In this document: piece by piece, positions 21,429 through 30,496 of the stretch
Layout: the number at the start of each line of letters is the position of its first letter
Position numbering within the stretch: position 1 is the first letter of the stretch
Source: a virus
Taxonomy: Duplodnaviria; Caudoviricetes
Direction: 5' to 3' (one strand)
DNA length: 57,163 bases
IMG/VR virus record: IMGVR_UViG_3300020045_005021
Location: 1 to 57,163 of that record
Position numbers and translations under genes: made by a program
The notes under the pieces: model-generated
The model's input: only the letters and a program-made list of their open reading frames with translations
The model's database searches: none
What the model was told of the DNA's origin: nothing

Positions 21429-21674
21429 ATGAAAAAACTAAAGTACATTCTTACGATATACGATCGTAATACAAAAACTATTCAACATTTAGCAAGAAAT
21501 GCTGAAGATATTAATGCAACTGTTACCAAAGAATTAGGTGATTGGGGGCATTGCGCTTGCACTTCAGGTGTAAATAGGTCAACTAGACCTCAAGAGTTTT
21601 TTCAAGCTGGAACTACTAAAGATAATTCAAAATGCTTTAGTATTTTATGTATAGAAGAATCAATTGAAGATTAA
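21429..21674 (+). CDS. Hypothetical early protein
   Basis: 81 aa ORF with AT-rich leader. Confidence 0.55.
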   Translation: MKKLKYILTIYDRNTKTIQHLARNAEDINATVTKELGDWGHCACTSGVNRSTRPQEFFQAGTTKDNSKCFSILCIEESIED

Positions 21675-21677
21675 ACC

Positions 21678-21717
21678 AACAAGAGTTTCCAAACCTATTT
21701 ATAGGGGAGGAAACTTA
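21678..21717 (+). repeat. Intergenic structured repeat, copy 1
   Basis: AACAAGAGTTTCCAAACC-TATTTATA-GGGGAGGAAACTTA. Confidence 0.7.
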
Positions 21718-21746
21718 AATTATTAAACTCTTTAAAATATTATATT

Positions 21747-21953
21747 ATGAACTTGGCAGGAATTTTAAAAAGATTTTTATCATTACTATTGGTATTATTC
21801 ATATTCATGGGCTATTATTTTATATTAAGCTCAATAGTGTTATTATTTGGATATAGATATATCGAAACGATAAGTAATTTAAATTGGTTTATTATATATT
21901 CATTATTAATAGGCTGGTGGCTAACATGGATTACAATATTTGAAATTGACTAA
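21747..21953 (+). CDS. Small membrane protein
   Basis: Two hydrophobic segments. Confidence 0.55.
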   Translation: MNLAGILKRFLSLLLVLFIFMGYYFILSSIVLLFGYRYIETISNLNWFIIYSLLIGWWLTWITIFEID

Positions 21954-21993
21954 CAAGAGTTTCCAAACCACTTAATTGTGGGGAGGAAGCTTA
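21952..21993 (+). repeat. Intergenic structured repeat, copy 2
   Basis: AACAAGAGTTTCCAAACC-ACTTAATTGT-GGGGAGGAAGCTTA. Confidence 0.7.
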
Positions 21994-22017
21994 TTAAACT
22001 AACTAACAATTATTATT

Positions 22018-22224
22018 ATGGCAAAATCAATAAAAGAACTAGCGGACATACTTACAGAAAGACACGATGAAGCTAAAAGAATTGAGTTATCAATATTAAT
22101 GAATATATGTCCTAAATGTGACAATAAATTACAAAGAAAGTCTGGATTCTTTAATGACACTATAAAATGTTCTTGTGGATTTATTGAGAAAAGATCAAAT
22201 ATTGGCACTAGTCATTGTGGATAA
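22018..22224 (+). CDS. Small zinc-ribbon protein
   Basis: CPKC...CSCG. Confidence 0.6.
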   Translation: MAKSIKELADILTERHDEAKRIELSILMNICPKCDNKLQRKSGFFNDTIKCSCGFIEKRSNIGTSHCG

Positions 22225-22250
22225 TTAAACACTTATTAAAACTTATTATC

Positions 22251-22412
22251 ATGAATAAAGCACATGTATTTCAACATAACACAACAGGTGTTCAAATATT
22301 TATATATCATTGCACTAATAAAATTGCAGCAAGAGAAGAATTTATGAATGTTGTAATAGATTATAGAGAATGGATGTATTTAGGTAAAAAAATTGCACAC
22401 GATACAATATAA
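22251..22412 (+). CDS. Hypothetical protein
   Basis: ATG 22251 (MNKAHVF) with AT-rich leader. Confidence 0.45.
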   Translation: MNKAHVFQHNTTGVQIFIYHCTNKIAAREEFMNVVIDYREWMYLGKKIAHDTI

Positions 22413-22429
22413 TTATTAAACTTATTATT

Positions 22430-22597
22430 ATGAAAGAATATATTATATTACAGCATTTAACAGCATCTCAATTAGAAGATAAAGTTATTGATAAATTAAG
22501 ACTTGGATGTTATGTTCCAATTGGAGGTGTAACAATTTCTATATCTCAGCATGGAGTTTTATTTATACAAGCAATGATATTAAAAAGATACTTATGA
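22430..22597 (+). CDS. DUF1737-like small protein
   Basis: MKEYIIL...LEDKVIDKL..G..PIGGV...FIQAM; ends in TGA overlapping the next ATG. Confidence 0.55.
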   Translation: MKEYIILQHLTASQLEDKVIDKLRLGCYVPIGGVTISISQHGVLFIQAMILKRYL

Positions 22598-22701
22598 AAT
22601 ACATATTAATATCACTATTAATAATAACTTTATCAAGTTGTTCAACAACTAAATCAACTAAATTAAATCCTTATAAAGATTTGATTGCAATAAATAAATG
22701 A
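22594..22701 (+). CDS. Small lipoprotein
   Basis: MKYILISLLIITLSSC lipobox; TGA TAG double stop. Confidence 0.55.
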   Translation: MKYILISLLIITLSSCSTTKSTKLNPYKDLIAINK

Positions 22702-22789
22702 TAGGGTAATACGTAATGGCAAAATTGATTATGTCATCCTAATAAAGTGGGTTGTATCGTTGCAGGTTTGAGTCCTGTCCCTATTACCA
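22700..22789 (+). tRNA. tRNA-like element with degenerate D and anticodon arms
   Basis: GATAGGG/CCCTATT acceptor plus ACCA, T-arm GCAGG TTTGAGT CCTGT; no canonical anticodon loop. Confidence 0.5.
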
Positions 22790-23092
22790 ATAATAATTAT
22801 GCAGCAAACTTCAGAAATGAAATGCATATTCAGTACAGTGTTAACTGATTTGGTGGTCTATATGCAGGCATGCTCCATCGAAGCAATTATCTATGGCAGT
22901 TATTACCAATAATCATGAGTTGATTACTCTCGGAGAAATGCCGTTAATTAATCATAGATATAATACATTGTGAAATACATTATATGAAAACATAGGTTGA
23001 TAACCTACAGTGGAATGCTGTAAATAATTAAACTTATTGAGCCCTAAGATAATATCAAAGGTGTCTCACAAATAAACTTAATAATAAATATT

Positions 23093-23401
23093 ATGGATGA
23101 ATTTAATTTTTACAATCCTTATGATCCAGAAATTATAGCAATCAAAGAGAAATGTAGTCGGATTAAAAAAGAATTACAATCCATAATATTGAACTTTGGT
23201 AAATATAAGGGATATAATTTATGGTTTTTGGCAGATTATCCAATCACTAATTTAAATAGTACTATAAGAGACTATTTATATTGGGCCATAAAGAATACAC
23301 CTCAATTAAAAAGAATAGTTATAGGTATGTCAGAAGAATCCAGAAACTATTTCTTAAATAGAATAAAGAAATCACAATACGAAAAATTCAATTTAAACTA
23401 A
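23093..23401 (+). CDS. Hypothetical protein with FGKYKG motif
   Basis: LNFGKYKG...YLYW motif (DUF3820/exonuclease-X C-terminal-like). Confidence 0.55.
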   Translation: MDEFNFYNPYDPEIIAIKEKCSRIKKELQSIILNFGKYKGYNLWFLADYPITNLNSTIRDYLYWAIKNTPQLKRIVIGMSEESRNYFLNRIKKSQYEKFNLN

Positions 23402-23406
23402 ACATT

Positions 23407-23559
23407 ATGAAACGAAAACATTTATATCCAATAGTATCAATAATCTGGGCATTATCCTGGATTATTGTAATTGTAGTATTTATATACATATTCTTTCCTC
23501 AGACTTTTGAAAGTAAAGATAGGGTATATTATGAACCAGAAACTGAACAAGCACAATGA
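23407..23559 (+). CDS. Small membrane protein
   Basis: Single TM helix; TGA stop overlapping the next ATG. Confidence 0.45.
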   Translation: MKRKHLYPIVSIIWALSWIIVIVVFIYIFFPQTFESKDRVYYEPETEQAQ

Positions 23560-23813
23560 GTGATTACATACCATTTAGCGAACCTGAATATTCAGTAGGT
23601 ACTCAAGATATAATACCATATAATCCACAAGAATTTCAACAAGTACAACAATCAAATTGTATTAAGCAAACTCATTGTTATGTTTGTGGTAAAGGATGGG
23701 GATATGGTTATTGGAAACATTGTAAATGTAATTCAGTGCCCATTGGTGATGGGATTATTCCTATAACAATATTATTATTAGCATACTCATTGTATAAATA
23801 TCTTAAGAAATGA
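23556..23813 (+). CDS. Cys-rich protein with PID-CTERM-like C-terminal sorting/TM segment
   Basis: C-terminus VPIGDGIIPITILLLAYSLYKYLKK; TGA stop in ATGA overlap. Confidence 0.55.
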   Translation: MSDYIPFSEPEYSVGTQDIIPYNPQEFQQVQQSNCIKQTHCYVCGKGWGYGYWKHCKCNSVPIGDGIIPITILLLAYSLYKYLKK

Positions 23814-24166
23814 ATAAAAATGAAGCATATCAATCAATGTGTCAAGGACACAAAGTTTGTAATGAATATTATTCTCCGGAAGAATATGCATTTATCAATG
23901 ATGATGGTTTAATTGAATACGAAGATGGTTGTGTAGTTGGTGATCAATTCAGTGAAAATTGGGTTAAATATCAAGATCCAGAATGTAAATTTGAATGGAG
24001 TATTTGGAAAGATAAAAATTGGGGAAATCATGATATTGAACCAACATTTCCTATTATAGATCCTTATTTGTATACATCAAAATCAAATTACATTTCACCT
24101 ATTATTGATTATCCAAAACCATTTGTTCCGAAACATAGTCATAAACGTTCAAATAAACAAAGATGA
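23810..24166 (+). CDS. Hypothetical protein
   Basis: 118 aa; TGA stop in ATGA overlap. Confidence 0.55.
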   Translation: MNKNEAYQSMCQGHKVCNEYYSPEEYAFINDDGLIEYEDGCVVGDQFSENWVKYQDPECKFEWSIWKDKNWGNHDIEPTFPIIDPYLYTSKSNYISPIIDYPKPFVPKHSHKRSNKQR

Positions 24167-24741
24167 AAAAGTTGTTATTGTTTACATTAATATTATTACC
24201 AATGATATGTAGTTCACAAAACTATGTATCATTAGGTAGTAGTATTATATTCCCAGAAACTGATACTGGTAATGAATATGGAATTAGTATATCAGCATCA
24301 TTTAATCATAATGTTGATTATATTATATTCCAGCCTACTATATCAATATCTCAATTTAAAGGTATTGATTATGAATTAAGACGTAATAGACAATATTCTT
24401 ATAATACTACATTATTTACTGGTGGACTGAATATAATGAATACTGGTAGATTCTATGGGGTTATTGGAATACATTACAATGCAAATATTGTTAGTTCTAA
24501 ATTTAAACTACAATCCAATCAATTTGATAAGGTTGCTAGACATAATTTATTTCTATCAGAGTATGCTGGTATTGGATTTCATACATTGATAAATGTTGAG
24601 TTTGGAATATTCTATACTAATACTAATTATCTTGATGGATATTATCCTATTACAAGCAAGCATAACGATGTTTATTTACAATTAAAACTTAGTTATGATA
24701 TATTATTAAAGAAAAATAAATGTGACTGTTTAAATTATTAA
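24163..24741 (+). CDS. Outer-membrane beta-barrel-like protein with signal peptide
   Basis: MKKLLLFTLILLPMICSSQ signal peptide; alternating beta strands; TNTNYLDG...NDVY..LSY resembles Bacteroidota DUF6089-type barrels. Confidence 0.55.
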   Translation: MKKLLLFTLILLPMICSSQNYVSLGSSIIFPETDTGNEYGISISASFNHNVDYIIFQPTISISQFKGIDYELRRNRQYSYNTTLFTGGLNIMNTGRFYGVIGIHYNANIVSSKFKLQSNQFDKVARHNLFLSEYAGIGFHTLINVEFGIFYTNTNYLDGYYPITSKHNDVYLQLKLSYDILLKKNKCDCLNY

Positions 24742-25217
24742 TCATGAAATTAAAATATATTCTAATATCAATAATTATGTGGTCAATCACATATTATTCA
24801 GCATCACATCCTGAAAAATATCACGTATTAATACCTGTTATTCTTGGAGCAATATCTGTATTATTAATATGTGTAGCAATTGTTGACAAAAAGTAAAGTA
24901 AAATTAAAGAAAACTTTCGTTCAATAAGTTTTAGTAGAACGTAGATATAATCTGGTGCGAGTCTTTGACGGGCAGTTGTTATGACTTATCCTATGTAATG
25001 GAGGGCGGAAGGATTATAGATATGTACACAGGGTACAACCTTGCGGATAGTTTTCTTTTATAAAATATAAACAAATAATTAGCTCATTAGATCGCAAATC
25101 TAATATTGTGAAAACAACATTCTGGTTATTCTAGACAACTCCAGTGAGCAGACCATAGCAAACTAATTATTTGTTTTTAATACAATATTACCTCAAAGAT
25201 GATGCGAGGAATATTTA

Positions 25218-25297
25218 GCTACGTGTTGGTAGGCTTCCAACAATTGCATGCATGTAAACGCAAGCGGATTAATTAGGTTCGAGTCCTAAACGTAGTG
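25218..25297 (+). tRNA. tRNA-like element with atypical D and anticodon arms
   Basis: GCTACGT/ACGTAGT acceptor, TTAGG TTCGAGT CCTAA T-arm; GTTGG..CCAAC D-hairpin; anticodon hairpin with a 4-nt loop. Confidence 0.5.
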
Positions 25298-25470
25298 CTA
25301 ATAATTAAAACAAACTAAAAATTCAAATTTATGAAAAAACAACATCGACTAATAGATAATACTGGTAAAATACTTGCAAAAAGTTCAAACCATAGAGTAA
25401 TAGAAGCTAAAGCTGCTATTGCTGATTGTGAGACTAAAGTAGTAATGGTTTTAATAAAAAAATAATAATT

Positions 25471-25677
25471 ATGAAAACAATAAAAATATTTATTCAATTA
25501 TTGATTGTATTTATTCCATTTGTATTAAACATATGCGCATTTCTTCCTTTAATTCCCCAAAATAAAGATAATCATTTATTTTTCTATTGGACTGCAATAT
25601 TAGTAGCATCTGAAGTATTTATTATGGGCTATGTAGCTGATTTATTTGGAAAATGGTTTGACTCTAAACTTAAATAA
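25471..25677 (+). CDS. Small membrane protein
   Basis: Two TM segments. Confidence 0.55.
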   Translation: MKTIKIFIQLLIVFIPFVLNICAFLPLIPQNKDNHLFFYWTAILVASEVFIMGYVADLFGKWFDSKLK

Positions 25678-25679
25678 TC

Positions 25680-25925
25680 ATGTCAAATAGACCAAGAGTA
25701 AAATTGTGCATGGCAATAGTCAGAGTACAAGATGGTGAAATCACTAATCGTGAACCAAAAGAAATTAGTACTAAGCATTTAATTGCACATAAAATTAAAA
25801 CCGAATACAACAAACGTCATGATGAATTCATGGCATTAGGTGGTACTCGTGTTTTAAAAACATACAGTGATAATGTAGCTAGACAAATAGCTGAATTTAA
25901 ACAACAAAAGAGTATGGCGTTATAG
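25680..25925 (+). CDS. Hypothetical protein
   Basis: 81 aa ORF in operon. Confidence 0.55.
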   Translation: MSNRPRVKLCMAIVRVQDGEITNREPKEISTKHLIAHKIKTEYNKRHDEFMALGGTRVLKTYSDNVARQIAEFKQQKSMAL

Positions 25926-25952
25926 TCATACTCTTTACTAAACTTTAATATT

Positions 25953-27581
25953 ATGCCATTAACAGGAAAATATCTTAAATACTCTCCAAAGATTACTTTA
26001 GAAATATTTACACTAATTTGGGACAAATTAATAGAATGTAATTGGAAGCATAATAACGAAGGAAATAATTATGATATCAAAAAAAGATATACAGAATTAA
26101 AATCCGGAAATTATTATTTGTTAGAATATAAGGACAAAACATTTGCAACACACACGATTGGACATTCATATACATCAAGTCCTTCGGAAACCACTGTTCA
26201 AGAAATTCTTGGATATGACCCATTTGTTAAAGAAGACTTTTTATTGCCAAGAAATTGGGTTTGTAAAATGACAAGTGAATCAAAAGACACACTCAATAAC
26301 TATAGAAAAAATATTGTAAGATATGATAGCGGAGATTGCAGTTGGGATTATATGTTACCAGATGGATCTGGGGGATTTTATAAAGATGGTGTTGAAATTA
26401 CTTTCGATCAATTCAAAAAATATGTTCTTAAAGAAAATGTTGAAGTAACTAAAGAAAAAGTTGTTGAAGAAGTTATTCCAGAATATGTTGAATGTATTCA
26501 AAAATTAAGTCAAATTGAAATTGGTAAAATATATAAAATTGAAAACAATGTTGTTGCTGGAGCTTACGCATGGAAAACTACGCAATTTAAACCCTCGACC
26601 AAAGAAGCTTTTGATGCACAAAATCAACCCAAACAACCATTAAAACAAGCTGTCCATTGTAAGACTCAAGAAGAATATAAGTTTACCAAAGAAACTCTTG
26701 GCGTAACATTTAATTCTAATGCATATATAGCTGGTGAATCAATAATTCCACTAGATGCAGTAGGCTGTACAATAAATCTAAATAGATTTGGTCATTCGAT
26801 ATATAATGATTATAAGCTATTATCTTTCCAAGAATGGTGTGATTTAAATGGATATAAAATGGAAAAAGAAGTTAAGTTTGAGGTTGGGAAGTGGTATTGG
26901 TTTGCAATATCCAGTACTAATAATTCATTTTTTAGGATTATAAAATGCTCTGCAATTGAAAGTAATAAAGTAAGGGCGGATTATTGGCTAATGAATCAAG
27001 ATGCTAAAATTGGTAATAAATCGCCAAACGAATGGATGTTAAGCAGTATATATTCTTTGAAAGAACTTTCTATCGAAGAAATCCAACAATATTTACAAGA
27101 TGGACATGTTGATAAACTCGCACCAGTAATCCAACAAGCAAGAGATATGCAAAAATCTAATCAAGAATTTAAAGCTGGAGATTGGATAGTTGCAAATTCT
27201 ACCGGATGGAATGATACAGCTCATAAGCAATTTAAAACTGTTTACAAACAAAATGAGTTAATGCAAATTAAATCATTTTCAAAAATGAGCAATGGACAAG
27301 ACTTTAATGTTGCTATAACTCATGGTGGAAATGTAGTTTATATTGATAAATATAAAGAAAAGTTTCGTCATGCAACTCCAGAAGAAATAAATAATCATTT
27401 AATTTCTATTGGACAAATTCCAGCAGGTGAGCCATTAAATACTGGTATTGAGCCAAATAAAGATGGTATGTTTAAATATACCACTGGAAATAGCTACAAT
27501 AAAGATTTCTCAACAAGTGTAATTCCAGTTAAACCAATTTCAGCGGAAATTGAATTTAATTATCTCCCAGAACCAAAGTAA
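25953..27581 (+). CDS. Mosaic multi-module hypothetical protein
   Basis: 542 aa with short phage modules (EITFDQFKKYVL, AVHCKTQEE, FEVGKWY, FKAGDWI, FRHATPEEI). Confidence 0.65.
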   Translation: MPLTGKYLKYSPKITLEIFTLIWDKLIECNWKHNNEGNNYDIKKRYTELKSGNYYLLEYKDKTFATHTIGHSYTSSPSETTVQEILGYDPFVKEDFLLPRNWVCKMTSESKDTLNNYRKNIVRYDSGDCSWDYMLPDGSGGFYKDGVEITFDQFKKYVLKENVEVTKEKVVEEVIPEYVECIQKLSQIEIGKIYKIENNVVAGAYAWKTTQFKPSTKEAFDAQNQPKQPLKQAVHCKTQEEYKFTKETLGVTFNSNAYIAGESIIPLDAVGCTINLNRFGHSIYNDYKLLSFQEWCDLNGYKMEKEVKFEVGKWYWFAISSTNNSFFRIIKCSAIESNKVRADYWLMNQDAKIGNKSPNEWMLSSIYSLKELSIEEIQQYLQDGHVDKLAPVIQQARDMQKSNQEFKAGDWIVANSTGWNDTAHKQFKTVYKQNELMQIKSFSKMSNGQDFNVAITHGGNVVYIDKYKEKFRHATPEEINNHLISIGQIPAGEPLNTGIEPNKDGMFKYTTGNSYNKDFSTSVIPVKPISAEIEFNYLPEPK

Positions 27582-27630
27582 ATAAATAAATTTTCATTAA
27601 TAAATAAACAAACAATTAAATTTTAGAATT

Positions 27631-28089
27631 ATGAACAACAAAGTAGAAGCAGCTCAAGGAGCAAATGTGTTTAGCGCGTTAGTAGGTAAAATCATGTCTA
27701 TCCTTAAATTGGATGATGCGGGTAAATTAGAGAAATTCTTTGCTGGCGAAGTTAAGACCATTAAAAATGGTATTAAAGCCATTGAAATGAATAAACAAAC
27801 CGCCGCATTACAACATGAAATGGCATTATCGGAAGTTGATAGCCAAATTGAAGATGCAGAAGAAGCATTGGCAGATTCATATACTGCTGTAACAGTTGAA
27901 GAAATCAACAGCAATGATGCAATGAAATCTTTTAGTGCTAAATATTGGGATAATATTGATGCTAAAGAACTTAAACTTCAATCATTGAAAGATGATCGTA
28001 AAGCAAAAGTTGAGGCCTATGATAAAGCTCTCGAAGCTCGCAATAACAACATTGCCAAACAAGAAGCTCGTATTGCAGCTATTTCATAA
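27631..28089 (+). CDS. Coiled-coil hypothetical protein
   Basis: 152 aa, Ala/Glu/Lys-rich heptads. Confidence 0.65.
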   Translation: MNNKVEAAQGANVFSALVGKIMSILKLDDAGKLEKFFAGEVKTIKNGIKAIEMNKQTAALQHEMALSEVDSQIEDAEEALADSYTAVTVEEINSNDAMKSFSAKYWDNIDAKELKLQSLKDDRKAKVEAYDKALEARNNNIAKQEARIAAIS

Positions 28090-28147
28090 ATAAATTAAAT
28101 AATTAGCTTCTATAAATCGTAGAAGCTAATTATAATTCTTTTAAAAT

Positions 28148-28393
28148 ATGGATTATATAACATTTTGGAAACAAAAGGAACAATATGGTGAAAATCGTAT
28201 TGCAAGAATGATTGAGAGAAAGAACATTCGTAAAGAAAAGTCTTCAATAATTCATCAATGTGAATCTTGTAAAAAATATTTTCCACATAAATTATCAAAA
28301 ATAGAAAATCCATATTACAAAGAAATGCACGATTCAATAGTAATGGTTAGAATGTGTGACGATTGTTATGAAGATTCTTGTGGAGATATTTAA
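28148..28393 (+). CDS. Zinc-finger hypothetical protein
   Basis: CESC...CDDC. Confidence 0.55.
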   Translation: MDYITFWKQKEQYGENRIARMIERKNIRKEKSSIIHQCESCKKYFPHKLSKIENPYYKEMHDSIVMVRMCDDCYEDSCGDI

Positions 28394-28399
28394 AATCAT

Positions 28400-28457
28400 T
28401 GCGAGTTAGCTCAGTGGTAGAGCCTGGATGTCGGAAGTTCGATTCTTTCGCTCGCTA
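28400..28457 (+). tRNA. tRNA-like RNA lacking the anticodon arm
   Basis: GCGAGT/GCTCGC acceptor, canonical D-arm GCTC AGTGGTA GAGC, T-arm GGAAG TTCGATT CTTTC, only 9 nt (CTGGATGTC) between D and T arms. Confidence 0.7.
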
Positions 28458-28497
28458 CAAATCATTTTTACTAATTTTTTAAGTCTCCGTAAATAAT

Positions 28498-28749
28498 ATG
28501 AATGAAATTCTATCAATAGGATTAAATATCTCAATATTCTTTTTAATATGGGCATTAATAAATTTTATATTAAAGAAAAATCTTCCAAGAGCGTTTAAAA
28601 ATAAAAGGCAAAATTGGAATTATAATTTTTGGCTACATAATTCAGAATATGGAGCAAGTTATCTTTGTAGTATATATTTCTTTAAATTATTACTTACATT
28701 AACAGCTATATCCTATAGCATTATTTTTATAAGATTTTTTCAGTCATAG
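28498..28749 (+). CDS. Small membrane protein
   Basis: Two hydrophobic segments. Confidence 0.45.
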   Translation: MNEILSIGLNISIFFLIWALINFILKKNLPRAFKNKRQNWNYNFWLHNSEYGASYLCSIYFFKLLLTLTAISYSIIFIRFFQS

Positions 28750-28781
28750 TGAAGTACAGTAATATTATTTTTTAAACATGA

Positions 28782-29318
28782 ATGATGAATGATGAAAATT
28801 GGAAACCAGTTAAAGATTATGAAGGAATTTATGAAATTAGTGATCTTGGAAACATAAAATCTCTTTCGAGGGAGATATATAATGGTCACAATATTTATAT
28901 TTCAAAAGAAAGAGCTTTAAAACCTGATATAAATGGGAATGGATATTTAAATTATAATTTACATAAAAACGGAATTAGAACTAATAAAACAATACATCAA
29001 ATTGTAGCTATTGCTTTTTTAGATCATGAACCAAATAAACACAGATTAGTAGTTGACCATATCAATGGAAATAAACTAGATAATAGAGTTACAAATCTAC
29101 AAATTGTAACAAATAGAGAAAATACAACAATTTGTTTTAAAAAAACATCAAGAAATCTTACAAGTAAATTTATAGGAGTTTCCAAAGTTAAAAATTACAA
29201 CAAATGGCATGCTAGAATTTGTATTGATGGCAAATTGAAACATATAGGTTATTTTGATTCAGAACAAAATGCATCAAACGCTTATCAAGAAATATTAAAA
29301 TCTATTTGCTGCGAATAA
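28782..29318 (+). CDS. NUMOD4-HNH homing endonuclease with AP2-like C-terminus
   Basis: ENWKPVKDYEGIYEISDLG, HQIVA, VDHINGNKLDNRVTNL, SKFIGV..KWHARI. Confidence 0.9.
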   Translation: MMNDENWKPVKDYEGIYEISDLGNIKSLSREIYNGHNIYISKERALKPDINGNGYLNYNLHKNGIRTNKTIHQIVAIAFLDHEPNKHRLVVDHINGNKLDNRVTNLQIVTNRENTTICFKKTSRNLTSKFIGVSKVKNYNKWHARICIDGKLKHIGYFDSEQNASNAYQEILKSICCE

Positions 29319-29448
29319 TAGTAACAGTATAAATAGTTGGAGCTAAATACCAATTTTGAGAAATCTGAATAAATTAGTGAGTATTTATACAAGAAAAATA
29401 ATAGAACAAAGCGCATTATTATTAAATCCTTAGCGCAAAGGTAATCGT

Positions 29449-29760
29449 ATGAATAATGGAATCGTATTAACAGTAAATTTAGTAGGAACATTAGGTAAAA
29501 ATGTAGTCAAAGAAGAAATAGTGAATATCCGTCATGGAGAATCGCTATTGGCCAAGACTATTGAATACAGAGGTCAAGAACAGACTAAATGTGTTCGTAA
29601 GACAAACATTTCTGAAGAAGTAATTAAGGGCTGGGTTGGTAGTAAATCGCCATTCTTCGTGAAAGAATTCATTTGGAAAAACATGTCAAAAACTCAGAGA
29701 TTGAAAGCTTGGGTTGAAAGATTTGATGAAGGTTTTGGTGTTCAATATCAAGAATTGTAA
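29449..29760 (+). CDS. Conserved hypothetical protein
   Basis: 103 aa ORF. Confidence 0.55.
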   Translation: MNNGIVLTVNLVGTLGKNVVKEEIVNIRHGESLLAKTIEYRGQEQTKCVRKTNISEEVIKGWVGSKSPFFVKEFIWKNMSKTQRLKAWVERFDEGFGVQYQEL

Positions 29761-29762
29761 TC

Positions 29763-29975
29763 ATGATAATTGCAGAAATGATTGGAATGCCGTTTGTAAT
29801 TGAAAAAGATTATTTCTACGAAGCAAAAAGTAAATGGGAAGAATTATGGTTTAAAATACCAGAATATGAAATATCTTTATACAAAAAGTATTTTTATGAA
29901 ATTCGCAAATCTTTTACTGAAAGAAAAGTTTTTAAATCTTTTTATGAAATGGAATTAGAAAAAATTAATATTTAG
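29763..29975 (+). CDS. Hypothetical protein
   Basis: 70 aa ORF. Confidence 0.45.
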   Translation: MIIAEMIGMPFVIEKDYFYEAKSKWEELWFKIPEYEISLYKKYFYEIRKSFTERKVFKSFYEMELEKINI

Positions 29976-30138
29976 TGAAATGAAAATAAAATTAATTAAT
30001 AGAAAGTATATTATAGCTAATAAATTTTTTAGATTTGAAAGTATGACTGGAATTGAATTTATAGGCTATAAAATTGCTGTTGGAAAATATGAGATTAGAT
30101 TTTTCATGAAATAATAATTTTGATTTTTAAAGAGTGAT

Positions 30139-30171
30139 AAGCCATGAGTAGCCGTGAGGTGAAAGTGGCTT
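30139..30171 (+). other. Hairpin with loop-E/bulged-G (AGUA/GAA) motif and GNRA loop
   Basis: AAGCCAT-GAGTA-GCC GTGA GGT-GAAA-GTGGCTT. Confidence 0.5.
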
Positions 30172-30496
30172 TAATAATTTTAAATAAATAATAAAATGAA
30201 AATAGCAAATTGGACAATTGATAGTGCGTATTTCCAAGACGAAGTAAATAAATTCATTTCAGAAAATTTTATCTATCAAAATAACATTATATCTATCACA
30301 CAACATGATGGATTTACAACATTGTGGTACTTTGAAAAAATTAGACAGGAATTATGAAAATATTTCTGCTTAATACCATACATTTAATCGGCTCAATAAA
30401 TCCAAAACGAGCTGATAATATTGTAAGAAATTCAAGAGTTATTGAAAGAGAGAATAAACCACCTTATTTTATATTAAATACTAACAATAAATAATT

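Noticed and set aside
28782-29318. HNH gene as part of an intron
   Set aside because: Flanking genes look intact and no intron core was recognised; treated as free-standing
30139-30171. Hammerhead ribozyme
   Set aside because: GAAA is present but the CUGANGA core and third stem are missing
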